The notes beneath the pieces are model-generated. The model ran no database searches. It was not told where the DNA came from and worked only from the letters and a program-made list of their open reading frames with translations. The position numbers and the translations under genes were made by a program. From Tubiluchus corallicola (Eukaryota; Animalia; Priapulida), in NCBI GenBank assembly GCA_030141605.1, contig JAQGDQ010000021.1:620001-684000 (forward strand): a stretch of DNA of 64,000 nt, given 5' to 3'. This document shows, piece by piece, positions 26,411 through 39,700 of the stretch. Positions within the stretch are counted from its first letter, which is position 1; each line of letters starts with the position of its first letter.

Positions 26411-29400
26411 GCTGTTCAGCTCTTCTACAAGTTATCCAGATTTTCCACCGTCTCGGATAGTTGCTTATTTTTTTCTCATTTTCAATTTATTGAACTAAAA
26501 GTGCAAAAAAAATTAGACATGTTATACATTCATTTTAACATTGTCAGAAATTAATACTTCATCCTGCAATTCCCAAAGCAACGAAACATTTTGATATTAC
26601 TTCTATTATTATTAGTATTATTATTATTATGAGGCAAAAAAAATATGAACTATGTGAATTCCATTTACACATATGAAGCATAATGTTATTTGTGTGTGGA
26701 ATTTGGAAGTCATTAAGATTTAACTAGATGAACAAGGTCAGTAGCAATAATGCAGAAATGGTTCATATGGTTCTGCTGAAGTAGTGTTACTACTACTGCT
26801 CAGCAGAAGGATTGAAACTGACTGCAACCTTCTTACAACCTGACTGCAAATGAAATTTGTAAACGTCCTAGGTTAATTAGTATATTCACTTTTATATGGT
26901 GATTATCTTGTTATATGTGTTATATCTCAACTGACTGCAAATGGCAATAAATGCTTTAGACACATAACAGCAAAATGACGGAGAATCAGTAAAAATTAAA
27001 AATAATGAAGGTTTGGAAAAGTGGCCATTTTGCAGAAAAATATGTTTTACGTATGGTGACAAAACAGTGCAATTCGTGTCATCTTTAAAATATCTTAGTT
27101 ACAAGTCATATTTAGTAATAACTTTACACTTGGAAAAAATAATCAATGAAATGAGCTAAAGTAACTCATAGCATTCCAAATCTCAATTTCGTGTGATTAA
27201 ACACTGCACCATGGCTGCTTAACATCAAAACGTCGTCGACAATAACTTATGCAGTTGAAAGTTTGTTGGGCAATATGTCGGAACATATACTTTAGGGAAC
27301 TCGAATTTGCTATAACTAGATATCTTAAGAGTTCTTTGCTTGTGTGCTAACATGTCAAATACCAAAATTAATGTGTTAGGTATGTAATTGCAACCAGCTT
27401 TGTACAGATGTAGCAGATACACTCCCACAATAAATGGTTGGTTCAATGATGATAGAAAATGATAAAACCATTTATACCACCTTAACAAGATCAATGGAAA
27501 CAGCCTAATTATAAGCTTACCAATCATCATCACTGTGTTTTGCCAAGTTTAAAATGTACATGTACATTACATGGTTCTCAGGCAGGAAGATACCATCTGC
27601 TTTCTTGCAGCAGTAATGTTTATACAATTAGTCAGTGTGTATCAATTCAATTCAATTGAATATAAATTGAATTGATGTGCAGTGTCTAGTTGTGTAGTCC
27701 TATTAATAATAGTCATAGTAATCTAAAACTTTGTAATCTGCTGTGATTAATAATAGTATCCAATATTACTATCAAGTATCGTGGGACAGCCAAATACACA
27801 GATTGTAAGTAGCGTTTAGCCCCGCTCACCTTGATGATGTAATACACATTCTTATAAACATGCACTGGCTGCAACTCACTACAGCATGTAAACACAGATA
27901 TAAAAGACGAAAAACAAGGATAGCTCCTGTGTTGTTACCTGCCCAAGTCTCTAGTTTAAAAATCAGTAGAAAAGAGCAAAGTTTTAAAAATGGCAGAAAG
28001 ACAACAGGTTTATTATATTCATATTAACGCAGCATTATTTATTACTTACTAATACTGCTGTTATTAATATGTCAATAATTAATGTATAATACAGTAGAAC
28101 TACTGTTATTTTTTGGTAGTAGCATATAGCAGTTTAGTTTATTATCAGTATAAAAAACAATGTGTAAAATGTCAGCTAATAAATTATTTAGGGATAGGGT
28201 TAGGGTTGGGTTGTGGTTAGTGCAACGAACGAAATCTTATGTTATAAATGCCGTACATCTGAAATATCTTGTTCCGATGCATTAAGTCTTGATCTAGCAT
28301 GCCGCATTTCTACATGTAGCCAGCAGTAACAATAAAACATTACAAAACTTTGAGTAGACACAGCAGGATTTTTATTAATTGTGAATGGGTTGAGCTGTTC
28401 ATGTTGATGATCATGATCCAATCAATGAGTGATACTTGTCTAAGTGTTTTTTAGGATTGGGGGAAACTAACAATCGTACTTCTTCTAACTTTTCTGTGTA
28501 CCGAACAGCCACATTACCTGTGCCCCAAGCACAATGCTTCACATTCTGTGCTCTCTTTCACTACTAATAAATGAAGTAAAAGCAGTTATGAACACATACT
28601 TTCCCTGTATATTATTATGCACTTCACATGCAAATACCGTTGAACTTGGGAGTAAGTCCAAGCTTCAGCAATCAAAAAGCTGTTGGAGCCAAAAAATACA
28701 ACATGACTGATTGACCATTTCGAGGTGGACCCTTGCTAGTTGACTGATCGTTTTGATTATAATTGTACTAGTCGATCTACGCCTTATAAATTAGCATAGT
28801 TAAGTAGCAGTATGTCAGTTTCCTTACAATGCAGCTGTAAACTGTAGATTAACATGTATAAATATATATTTTTTTATCTTGTACTCGCCAATATGTGTGA
28901 TTTTAATTGGATAATTGAGCAATAAATTGAATTATTTTTCCTCCAAACATTTGGGTTTTGTAAATTCTAGCACACGCAAGTGTAGAATTGTGACAATGTG
29001 TAAAAAGACTATCTATAACACAATTATAATAATATTATTATTAATGATATATACAAAATAATGAAATATATTGTAACAATATTATACAGTGCATTATTAT
29101 TCTTACTTCTTAATAACCTTTAATACAGTCAGTAAGGTCTTCTAAATACCATTACCTGAGTTTTCTTGGAAGCTGAGTACTTATATAATTTGACGTAATT
29201 TCTTAAAATTGGGTTTGCTTCTACCGGGCACCATCTTCAATTTATCACGGCATGATTTTTCGCAATACGCGAAGAGTTCCCTGATTGCTACCGAAGATGG
29301 TAAACCGAATTCGCTGAAAGTTTTGTCTGTTGGAATCGTAGTATTTATTGTTCGTAATGGTTTTGTGCTACTATAAAGTCTAAAAAAAGTAAGTAATTGT

Positions 29401-29734
29401 AATTACTCAGTGCTTTTATATCTTCCATAGCGTTTAACTTGAGTTACAGTAGCTTGTATGTTTACCGTTAGCGTCGACGGCTATAGCTAGATTAAGCTGA
29501 CAAAAGCGTTTTAGCTTATGAACCTTGATATACAAGTGATCTTTTTATACAACAGTTCTGACCGACATGCAAAGTAATATCAGTGCAATAAACTGCTGCT
29601 GTAACGAATGGCTGTAGATTTCAATTCAAAGAAATGCACAAACCGTAACCATTGCCATTGGCAAAATTACTTCCCAATCGAAATACAACTATGTCATCGG
29701 CTGTGGTAATGAAGTTCCAAACATTAATAAAGTC

Positions 29735-30240
29735 GATAAAGAAACAGGTCTTGGAGTTATCGTAGACAAAAATTTTGACTTCTACTCTCATCTTTACCAT
29801 CTCCTTAGTAAACGTTACACGTTACATATTGTTCACGTTACACAGCAAACACGCTATAGATTAATCTTTAGCCAAGTGCAATTTTAAATTCATTGATAAG
29901 ATAATGTTTCTGAGGCTGTATTAGTCCATAAGAGCCTTCTGATGCTTGAATATGTAAATGTAGCGTGGGACCAATCAAAACAAGATTACATTCGTTCAAA
30001 ATAAAAGATTCAGTGAAGGATGATTAGTCTGACTCCATGGTTGAGTGAAGTAACTTTCTTACCAAGGCTTAAAGAACTCAGTCTGACTATGCTTGAACGT
30101 GGGCATTTGAGACAAGACGTGATACAAACATATAGGATTCTTCTTGGTACTGGCAAAACACATATAGATGTTTACAAGAGTTTTTGATTATATCTACAAC
30201 AGAGTAGAGGACACATTTCATTTTGTCCAAAAGAGTGGTC
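29735..30240 (+). mobile_element. Decayed CR1-clade LINE 3' fragment; boundaries approximate
   Basis: Degenerate (D)LGVIVD..., LEY...WD, RLKELSL..LE...R.D.I.TY and TRGH-like segments typical of the CR1 ORF2 C-terminus, with many stops and frameshifts. Confidence 0.6.
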
Positions 30241-30701
30241 AAAATGAAAGCACATATTTTCGTTCAAATTTCGTATATTTGTAGACACTATCAGCTAACA
30301 TTTGCTGAGACAATGTCTCTATAAGCACTGGCAGCAAAACTCAGCCAAGTTCATAGATCTCATGTTAGCGCCTAATGCCATGACCTCTCTCTACCTGCGC
30401 TGGTGCTTCTATACGACCTCTTAGTTGGAGCAAACTCCATGAAATGTAGGGGAAAATATGACAGGTGCTAATTCATGCTCCATCTATAGATTATTGGTTA
30501 CATACGATTAATGTCCCATCTGTAAATTATGGGTTATGTATAATTAATTGATTAATGTTAAGCCATGTACCCGTTCAACCAGTGATGACAGCAATAAAAA
30601 TAAAAAATGGCAGTAATAAATGAAATTTTGTTATTCTCGTGGTACTGCCTCTAATTATGCAGTTTTTATGATGTACCGTTTTATATCTTATTCAGTTAAA
30701 A

Positions 30702-33608
30702 ATGTCTAAAAAGCGTGAACAGGAGCTCCTTGGCAGCGAAGACTCTTTAGTGTTTGCAAAGCCTGCAAAGAAACAAAGACGGTTTAAAGATAAGCATTCC
30801 TTAGACAGTGATGAAGAAGATGAACATGTAGAAAACAATGCACTTGATGAAGATGATATTGAAGGTGATTAATAGACAAGTTTAATTTTTGCTAAATTTT
30901 AAACTAATTTAGTTTAATTTATGTTATACTTTGAATGAGAAATGATAATTTTTAAAAGCTGCATCAGTGAAGCTCTAAAGTCTAAAACATAAATCACTGC
31001 CTGCCAGAGCTAAAATTTCTGAGATACTAAGAATACCAAAAAGCAGAAGGGAATGCAGCTGAAATCACTGATCAGTTTTGTTGCCTTTTCCAATTAGGAG
31101 AATGCAAGTAAGAATAACCTGGTACTATAGTTGGAAATGGTGAACTATAATGCACATCAGGCCTTGTTTATTCTTGTTATTTAGCTTGTTAGTAACTGCT
31201 TATGGAACTTTGTTATTTTAAATAGCTATGGTCTTTATACTGTTTTTCTTTCTTTAGTTAGCAGGTGACATCACTGTGTCAGATTTATGCCTATATATTT
31301 GCAAGCAGCAGAACTCTTGTCAATTGTCTGCAAGAATTACTTTATGCTTTTCATTCACTATTAGATACTGAACAATTTTTCAAACATTAATATAGGAGAA
31401 GAAGAAACAACAATAGAAGATGATGATGGAATAAAGATAACTCCTTTTAACATGCGAGAAGAAATGGAAGAAGGACACTTTGACGCAGAAGGATATTATC
31501 ATTTCCGCAAAGATGCTGAGATTTCGTACGGTTTTTTCTTGGTTTTGTTGTGCAACATTTAAAAAAACAGCTTTTTTGTCAAAAAAATTATTAATCATAC
31601 ACAGTGTTCATTTATTTGCTGCTTAAAATGGCAGATTTATTCGACTTATTAATCAGTCAGGTTAAATTACTTGACGTGATTTCGCTAATGCAAACAAACA
31701 TTTTGACCTTTCAGACTAGGAAGTGTCATATCTTTATAAGTTTTGATTATAATTTTGAAGCCACTTTTTTATTGGTACATGTATAATAGTTTATAGTTTA
31801 ATTAATTGAATGCCTATGCAGAAGTCTTCGCATGTGTCTTTTTTTTGCTATAACTATTTGCTGTCAGTAGGGTATTAGTAGCTGCTCCGTGAATTTTATG
31901 ACACCTAGTGCTGTCTGTCTTTTGCAGAGATGCCTGGATAGACAATATTGACTGGGTAACTGTCAAAAAAGGACAAAAAACGAAAGTAGCCAAATTATCG
32001 AAAGCTGGACACAAAGAAGACATTGATGAAGTAAAGCTTCTACCACTGTTGCTGAAATATATTTGTTGGCTGAAATATATTTGCTGTGAAAATTCAAATT
32101 TAATTATTTTCTGTCATAAGTATCATCTTGTTGAATGTAAGTCTATGCAAGAGTTTTTCAGTGGTACTTATCACTAATGCACCACATAATTTTGAAAAAC
32201 ATTGTATCACCACCATGTTGGTGTTACATATGGGAATGAAGAATGCCCGTATTACTGATAAGAAGGAGGCATAGACTAGAAGAGAACTTGATGTGGCTTT
32301 GCAGCATTAATTTAAAAAAGTTTATAATAAAGTGTATTTAAAAGTTGAAAGTACAAATTCTCAAAATTCGTGTCTCTGGTCTGGAACTAGATCGTTGTTT
32401 GTAAAGCTCTTTTTTATAATAGGATGTAATGGATGGTGACGACTCTTCAAGCGATGAAAGTAATGAACCAGTTAACAAAATAGATTCTTATATGAAAATG
32501 TTGGATATTATTAAGCCAGGCGAGACTGTAGCAAAAGCAATGCGACGACTTGGTGGTGGTACAAAGGGACGATCAAGTGCAAGTAGTCGTTGGAAAAAGG
32601 GAAATATGCAGAGTACTGAAACTGAAGAAAGTGCAAGAGACAGTGCTGATTTAGATAAGTTGACTGCATTTGCTGACGAGTTACTTGCTGCAGGAGAGTA
32701 TGATATTTATCAGGCGACTTACGAGAAACTTAAGCATCATATTGACGAGAGTAAAAAAACTGTTACATCAGGAACAGCAGATAATGATGATGTTTTGGAC
32801 ATGTTTGCTGATGATATTGATCAAAGTACTTTGACTAAAGCAACTGCAAAAAGTCAAATGGATGAACAAACTAGACTGGATGGTGGTAAGTTTTATAAGT
32901 GTTGTGTTTTACTTACAAACTTTCCAGGAATTCTTGGGTAACGAAGTTAATTACAGTGGACCAGCAGGTCAAAGCAAACCATTCGGCTTGCATAACTAGG
33001 GTATGCTAAACGTTCCTGCTTACAAACAAAATGGGACTTAACATGATTGTTTCTATGTATATTATAGGACAAAAGCCAACTAAGATGATATAAGAGTCAT
33101 AAACGCTTATTAGTCACATGAACAGTGTCTTATTGAAGCATGTAAAGGAAAAATATTGAGTCAATTATGCGGAGCTATTTGAGTCAATTATCGATAGTTT
33201 TTATGTACATTTGAATAGAAGCGGCCCGTACTAGGCGTTTTTGAGTCAATTAAGCGACGCCTACTGTACGTGTCCCAGTTGTATGGCAATTTTTATGTCT
33301 AGAACAATGCAGATGATTCTTTGCTAGTCGTAAATTGCAATTAAGGCAGTTCTGCTAGTACTATCTACAGTTTCTTAAATATTTTAGATATTGTTGAGCC
33401 ATCTCAAGTCAGTGAAGTTTGCTGGGAGTTTAAATGGGAGGACAAGCTGGAAGCACCTATTAGTGGACCACACAGCAGCACACAAATGCATAAATGGGTT
33501 GAGGAGGGCAAATTTCCAAATGGTGTTTATGTACGTAAAGTTGGTACAGAAACGGACGCAGCATTTTACTCTTCGAGACGAATAGATTTCGAGTTATATA
33601 CGGACTGA
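30702..33608 (+). CDS. CD2BP2: CD2 antigen cytoplasmic tail-binding protein 2 (U5-52K/Lin1); exons 30702-30864, 31396-31525, 31928-32030, 32423-32885, 33388-33608; 359 aa
   Basis: KHSLDSDEED, ITPFNMREEMEEGHFDAEG, DAWIDNIDW, PGETVAKAMRRLG, YDIYQATYEKL, LDMFAD and a C-terminal GYF domain WEFKWE...GP...QM..WVEEGKFPNGVYVRK...FYSSRRIDFELYT. Confidence 0.95.
32922..33266 (+). mobile_element. Right-hand fragment of the Tc1/mariner-type MITE also found at 62112-62958
   Basis: Colinear with 62588-62958 (ttacaaacaaaatgg.acttaacatgattgtttcta; aggaaaaatattgagtcaatta; gatagtttttatgta) and ends in ...ctactg followed by TA. Confidence 0.75.
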
Positions 33609-36600
33609 AACTATTGATTACTTTTTTTATTGTGTATAGTGTTACTTGATATATTACAAGGTTACTCTGCAATGCAAATTGCCTATTGATATGGTCATTT
33701 GCATGACAAATTCCTGTTTTGGCAGTGTTCTGCCTTTGTGAAAAAAAACACATTCGGGTTGGAGGAGCCATTGGTAATGTGTCATTGTATAAAAAAATCT
33801 TTAGTGTCTGTGTGCTCATTCAGTTAACATTTTGCCAGTTTTCTGTAAGGCTCTTTCAGGACATAGTTGTTGTGCTACCTTAACTAAACTTTTTAATTTT
33901 TATATATGTTTACTTGACTGCTTTTAGTATTATGAAAAGATTAAATTGTTACGCGTTCTACACGTACTGTCTGGTGTCGAAGTGTGGGGTCGAAGCGAGG
34001 TGATAAAATGCATTCAAGTAAAATTGTCTGTTGTTGTAAATATTTGTACTGTACAGAACAAAAAAAGAAAACATAATAAGAAACTACAGTTCACTTTTCG
34101 AATTAGAACAAGCCTTTATGTTCTCTGTCCAAAAGACTGTATTAAGCTTAATAGGGCTACTAAATCTAAGAAAAAGGTTAGTAAATATTTTTGTGATGCT
34201 AATTATGTTCCTAATTTTAATATTTTCACTCACACGTGCAAGTAGAATTGAGACAATAGCCACACGAGTACTTTTCAGAAAAAATGACGTAATTTAACAC
34301 GATTATTTTCTCCCAAATTCCACAGTAGCTGATTGATCATTCAAAACTAAGATTTTTATTAAATTTGCTCTTAACTTTTGACACGAATGCAGCGCAAGCC
34401 AAGCGAGGCCGAAAACTTGTTCTTGTTGTTTGAGGTGACATATATGAGTATGTACAGAAAACTCTGAAATATTAGGCCATCTGTTGTTGCATAAACAAAT
34501 TTTGCAACAACTTACTATGACATTCAGTAAATGGAAGTGGCCCAAGATTTGAAATATAGCACTATCTGCACCGATTACGTCTTCCTTCTCACTGGCTGGC
34601 AATAGCGACTGACTAGAACAGGGGAAATAAGAAAAAATTAATGATTCGGCACCTGCCATTGAAAATATTGTTATTGATTTAGATGTAATTATCACAGGTG
34701 CCCTTTGCTTCATCCGCTGGTTGTTTTTAGAGGGCTTCTTTGTAAAATTCATTGTAACGATTTATTTACTGTGTAAATAAAATTAGTACTACCACCACTA
34801 CTACCGTGCATTTGTATTACTTACACCCACTTTTGATTTACTTTAAGGTTTGTAGTTTCACCATTTTAATAAGAAAAGTCAAAGGTGTTCAAAAAATAGT
34901 AAACTTTATTTTTACAAAATTTAACACTATTACAACAATAGTGAATAAATTAATAAGTCCAAAATTTAATATCGAATTCTGTACATTAATAATCACTTTC
35001 AAATTATGTCTGCAGCAAATTACAAACTGGAATCCTGCAAGTATTACCCGCAAGCAGGATATCCTACTGGCAAGTACCCTACTGATTCATAAATCACAAA
35101 AAATACATTTACATCCATCAATAAACTGTTTGCAAAAACAAATTCAAACTGCAAAGAGAACAACGGCAATTCGGGTTACTACAGCAACATGTGGGATTGT
35201 GATAACCTACGATGTTCAGACTAGTTTTTTAATGGCAAGGTTTACAATTTTCAAAGAAATTTCAACTATTTGTCAATTACATTGCTTTGCAAGGTATGCT
35301 ACCGTTACCATTTCTGCAATGTTTCAAGATACTTCTAACTAACTTTGGAATATTGCACGGCATGCGTAGACCGGTGTTAAATACACACAATTTAAAACTA
35401 ATAACTAATACAATTTAATTCAAGTGCTTTAAAGAATAGAGTATTTAAATTATTGAACTACAAGTATTTCATATCACATTTTATTAAACAGGGGAAGGCA
35501 TACCTTAAATTGCTGGCATAATGCTAATTTTCCATGGTTACTATAAACTTGCTAGTTATTAAGTAATAATACTACATGTCTGACTAACTAGTCAATGTCA
35601 ATGTAAATATGCACCTAGCAAAGAAAGGTGGGCCTAAATGAAAGATAAAAGGTTAACAAAACAGATAACAGAATGTCTGCATATAGTACAAAATTTAAGC
35701 CTACGAACTACCTATTGTAGGCACAATTTTTTTCCAAAGTCACACATGTATTCAAAGACATTCAGAAAGCAAGACAATGCAAACCTATATAGTAAACACA
35801 ATCTGTCAAAAGCGAATATGTGACCAAAGGCACTGATTAAAACCTGAGCTTATTGCTTTTCATTATAACAGTGTATTTACTCAGAGCCATTTCAGTTTTC
35901 AGTACAAAACTTTGATATGTCTTTGAAACTACTACAGTACAATTTTATTGCCAGTGTATTGGCAGATTTCTTCTATTGCCAGGACACGACTACGACTTTT
36001 TATGAAAAGAAAGTAGATAAACAGAAATATTCACTTTTATTATCTTAAATGAGTAATTTAAATGATGTGCACCTATGTTATCATGCAACTCATTAACAAT
36101 ATGGAGTAGTGAACACTATGATTACTTAAGTCTTTACAGTAAAATCAAAATATCCTTTTAATCTACAATTACTTGCCATTTGTATTAAAGTTTCATTAAT
36201 TGTAGTTCATAAAGAATATAAATGTTACAGTACATGCAGCAGAGGCAGAAAATCTTACAAATGTCCCAAGGGCATAAGTTGAGAACTTTATTAAGTAGTG
36301 AACTTTTAGCCCTGCAGATTGGCCGGGCTCGTAAGGTTAGCAGTATTGCTGCAAAAATCAATATATCTTATCTTCAGGCAGGCATAAAATAACCTATACT
36401 GCACATGCACATACAATAACACCTGGACGTTCAGCTGCAGCCAAGTTATTGAGTACAACGCAATACGTAGGAACAAATTGCATTGTAGGCAGGCGCGCGG
36501 AAAAACTGCTACCTCAAGCAATAATTACGTTGTAACTTTGATGAATATTAGAATTCGGAACAGTTTTGTCATTTTTGCTAATAAAGAGAGGAAAACACAA

Positions 36601-36765
36601 ACTTTTTAATGACAAAATTTTGAAAAAACACTTAAGAAAAAATTTTCTGCGAAGTGTCCCGCAAATATTTTCCAGCCCTGATGTGGTACTGTAGTTTAGA
36701 ATTTTTTAAAAAAGAAGTAACAGTAGTTTGTAAATTTAAAACATACAAAATGCTTCTGTAATGAT

Positions 36766-39700
36766 TTAACTAAAACTCTTTTTGAGCACTTTCATGCAAT
36801 TTCTCCACGTCTTGTCGGATGGGAAATCCGTGCAATACAGCACATGATTCTCCAGATTATCATCAGTTACCTTTTTGCATAATGGGCAGATATCAAGATT
36901 GGTTTGCTTAACTTTATCTGGATGTATCACATTTCTATCACTGAAAATGCTCACTGATGTTGTATTGTTTGAGGCAGTTTGCATGTCTTTAATTGAGCTT
37001 TTAACTGTTGGAGATTGAGTAGTCTCTAATGAGTTAGCACCAGTCGAAGAATTTGTTACTTCTGTTGGGATGTCGGCTATTTCAGGTTCATTGTTCTTCT
37101 GTTTCTGGTTTAGAACTATGTTGGATGGAGGAGAGTCAACAGTTAGATCAATTTCACAGCTAGCAGCATGAGCTTCTACTACAGATGACGGGAAATAACC
37201 TGCAAGTCAAAAACACGTCAGATTAGATACTACACAATGAAAAAATAAATAATAAGAAATGTATTCATTTCAGTGTCCATATTTCTGTAGCAATGATTTA
37301 GTAACATTTTTCAATAGAATATATACTGTTCATTTATGATTTATTTCACAGAAATAAATTACAGAAATATTTCACAGAAATTATTAGCAGTGAAATTGAC
37401 ATTTAATTTTTGGAGTAATGACTCTAGCAATTTTTTTAGAATACAGCAGACACAGACTGAATGTGCATATTAGTTTATATCACGCAAATCTACATTAATT
37501 ATATACGGCAATATGAAGTAAAATCTGCAGAAATTGCATAATCTATAACATCAACTTTTTTGCACTCCAAGGTAAGCGGTATAAAGAAGTTGGATTGTAC
37601 TTGAAGCAGCTGCACAATTGTCAACGTGCAAAAGTGATCATAAGTTATTACAGTTATAAGAGTGTCTAATTAATGCAGACTTGAATACCTCTTGTGGTAG
37701 TAAATAACTCAAAGAGATACCTTGACAGATAGGGCACTCAACTAAGTTGAACAATGTCTCATCATTGGCTTTCTTAAACTTAGGTGGTTTTAACCCAGCA
37801 TCACAGCTGAAAAATAAAGTTTTTTACCACTATAATCTTTTTATGCAAGTATTACATATGACTCTAAAAGCTTTGCAATACCGTGCTTTTACAATTTTGT
37901 CAAAAATTAGTGTTGGTGTCAAGCAATTTAATCTAACATTCTATCATTATTTGTTTTCTTTTCGCATTTTTACAAACATGCATTTCCTGAAACTGTTTAA
38001 AACGAAGCCAGCCTTAGTCATGTGACCTAAGCTTTAGTAGTATACGCCACCTATCAATCACACTTGTTCTTACACGTAGTTACATTTTCTGTTGCCGCTA
38101 TGCTGATCATGCAGTTTGGTGATACTTGCATTGCTTTGTCTATTTTTTTGCAATTTAACAGTCACTAGTTGTATTTTCAAGCCAAAGTTGTCACCAGTAA
38201 ATGTAAGTCACCATCTACTTTAATAATTAGTTAATAGTTTAAATTGGTTAGAATTGCTTCAAATCTCTAGAATCATAAAGTAATAATTTGTGTTTCAGTC
38301 TTCTTAAATCTAACTTTTCATTTTGTCTAAATAGTAATAAGCTTTAGCACATTCTTAAGCACTTTTTGTGATCTGTTATTTTAATAAATTGCAGGTCTAT
38401 CCCACAGTTCAATACTGATTTTTGCCGTTTCTTTGCCTGGACTGGGCGCATCCACAATTAGATCTTTTCAGAAAAAGATCTTTCCATGTTTTGCGAGAGC
38501 TTAATACTTGTCTACGTGTAATCCACGGAGCCATGTTTGTAAAACTGGTTGTTAGCTTTAGCAGACATGCAGAGAAGAAGGCTACACAGTAAAACTATAG
38601 TTAGGTGTTTGTAAACAAAGTTATGGGAACTGAACTACTTTGTATATTAAGTAGAGGCATCTATATGCTCAAACAAGCAGAGACAGCTTGTTTGAGTACA
38701 TAGATGAACTTTCTTTTATTAATAGGTCCCAGTTATTTGCAGCTTTGGTCATAATGCTGAAATTATTAAAATCTTATTGAAATTATTAGCCTTGTGTCCA
38801 TGAACGCTAGATTGAGGAGGATTTTTTAATTTCTTGCCAGTTCTAGACTGGCCATGTCTGCAGCTGAAACGTATGTGACGTGTTTTAGCATTTTATATCT
38901 TAAATCTTTTAATAGAAGTTGTTTTCTTCCCATAATACTGTGAGTGTCTGTATAAACTGACTTGGACTATTTAATATTCACATTGTGAAATTCTCACAAA
39001 CAATGAGTTCCCGAACATCTAATCAAAGTTAATTAATAATCTACCTCAAAATGAACACACCTGGAATAAAGCTCGTCACAGTCCGATGTGGTCTGAGAAA
39101 TAAGTGCCAATTTGCGCTTTTCAGTATTTTTGCGAAATGAACCAGATTTTCTATCACAGTTACCAACGTCGGATTTAGATGTCATTGGGTCCGAGTTTTT
39201 TAGATGTTTCCGAAAATGATCATGGGATGATGATCTAGCAAACTGATTATCACTGATAGGCAATGCCGAAGACAGTGCTGGGTCTGTGTGCCTAAAGTGT
39301 TTTTCATCGAACAAATCTGCTGGTGCAGTGCTGCTATTCTGAGATTTTTCCCAATTATTTGAATCGATAGCTGAGAGATCTTGTTCAACTTGCTCAATCA
39401 AAACCGGGTTTAAGCTTTGTTTAGAAGTGCTGGCAAACTGGCTTAACTTGGGACACTTTGACAACGAAGACGAAGGTTTTGTGGAAGCCACTAGGGACTT
39501 TATACAACTATGTTCCAAAAATACTTTATTTTCTAAGGTTGTTGTAGAATGTGTTTTAGCTGCAAAGGATGACAGCAATTTGTTCGCTGGCCAAGAAACA
39601 AGAACGTTCTCAATAGTGTCTGCTTGTGTTTTCACAGCACTACCCTTTACATTTGGCATATTGGAAGGAGTTAATTCAACAGCACCTGAACAGCTTCTAA

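Noticed and set aside
29181-29379. 65-codon open frame on the minus strand (LYSSTKPLR...RQII)
   Set aside because: No upstream start or in-phase exon and no recognisable homology; treated as possible leader sequence
34303-35342. 149-aa minus and 178-aa plus ORFs between CD2BP2 and the XNDC1-like gene
   Set aside because: No recognisable domain or splice structure; composition fits AT-rich UTR or repeat sequence
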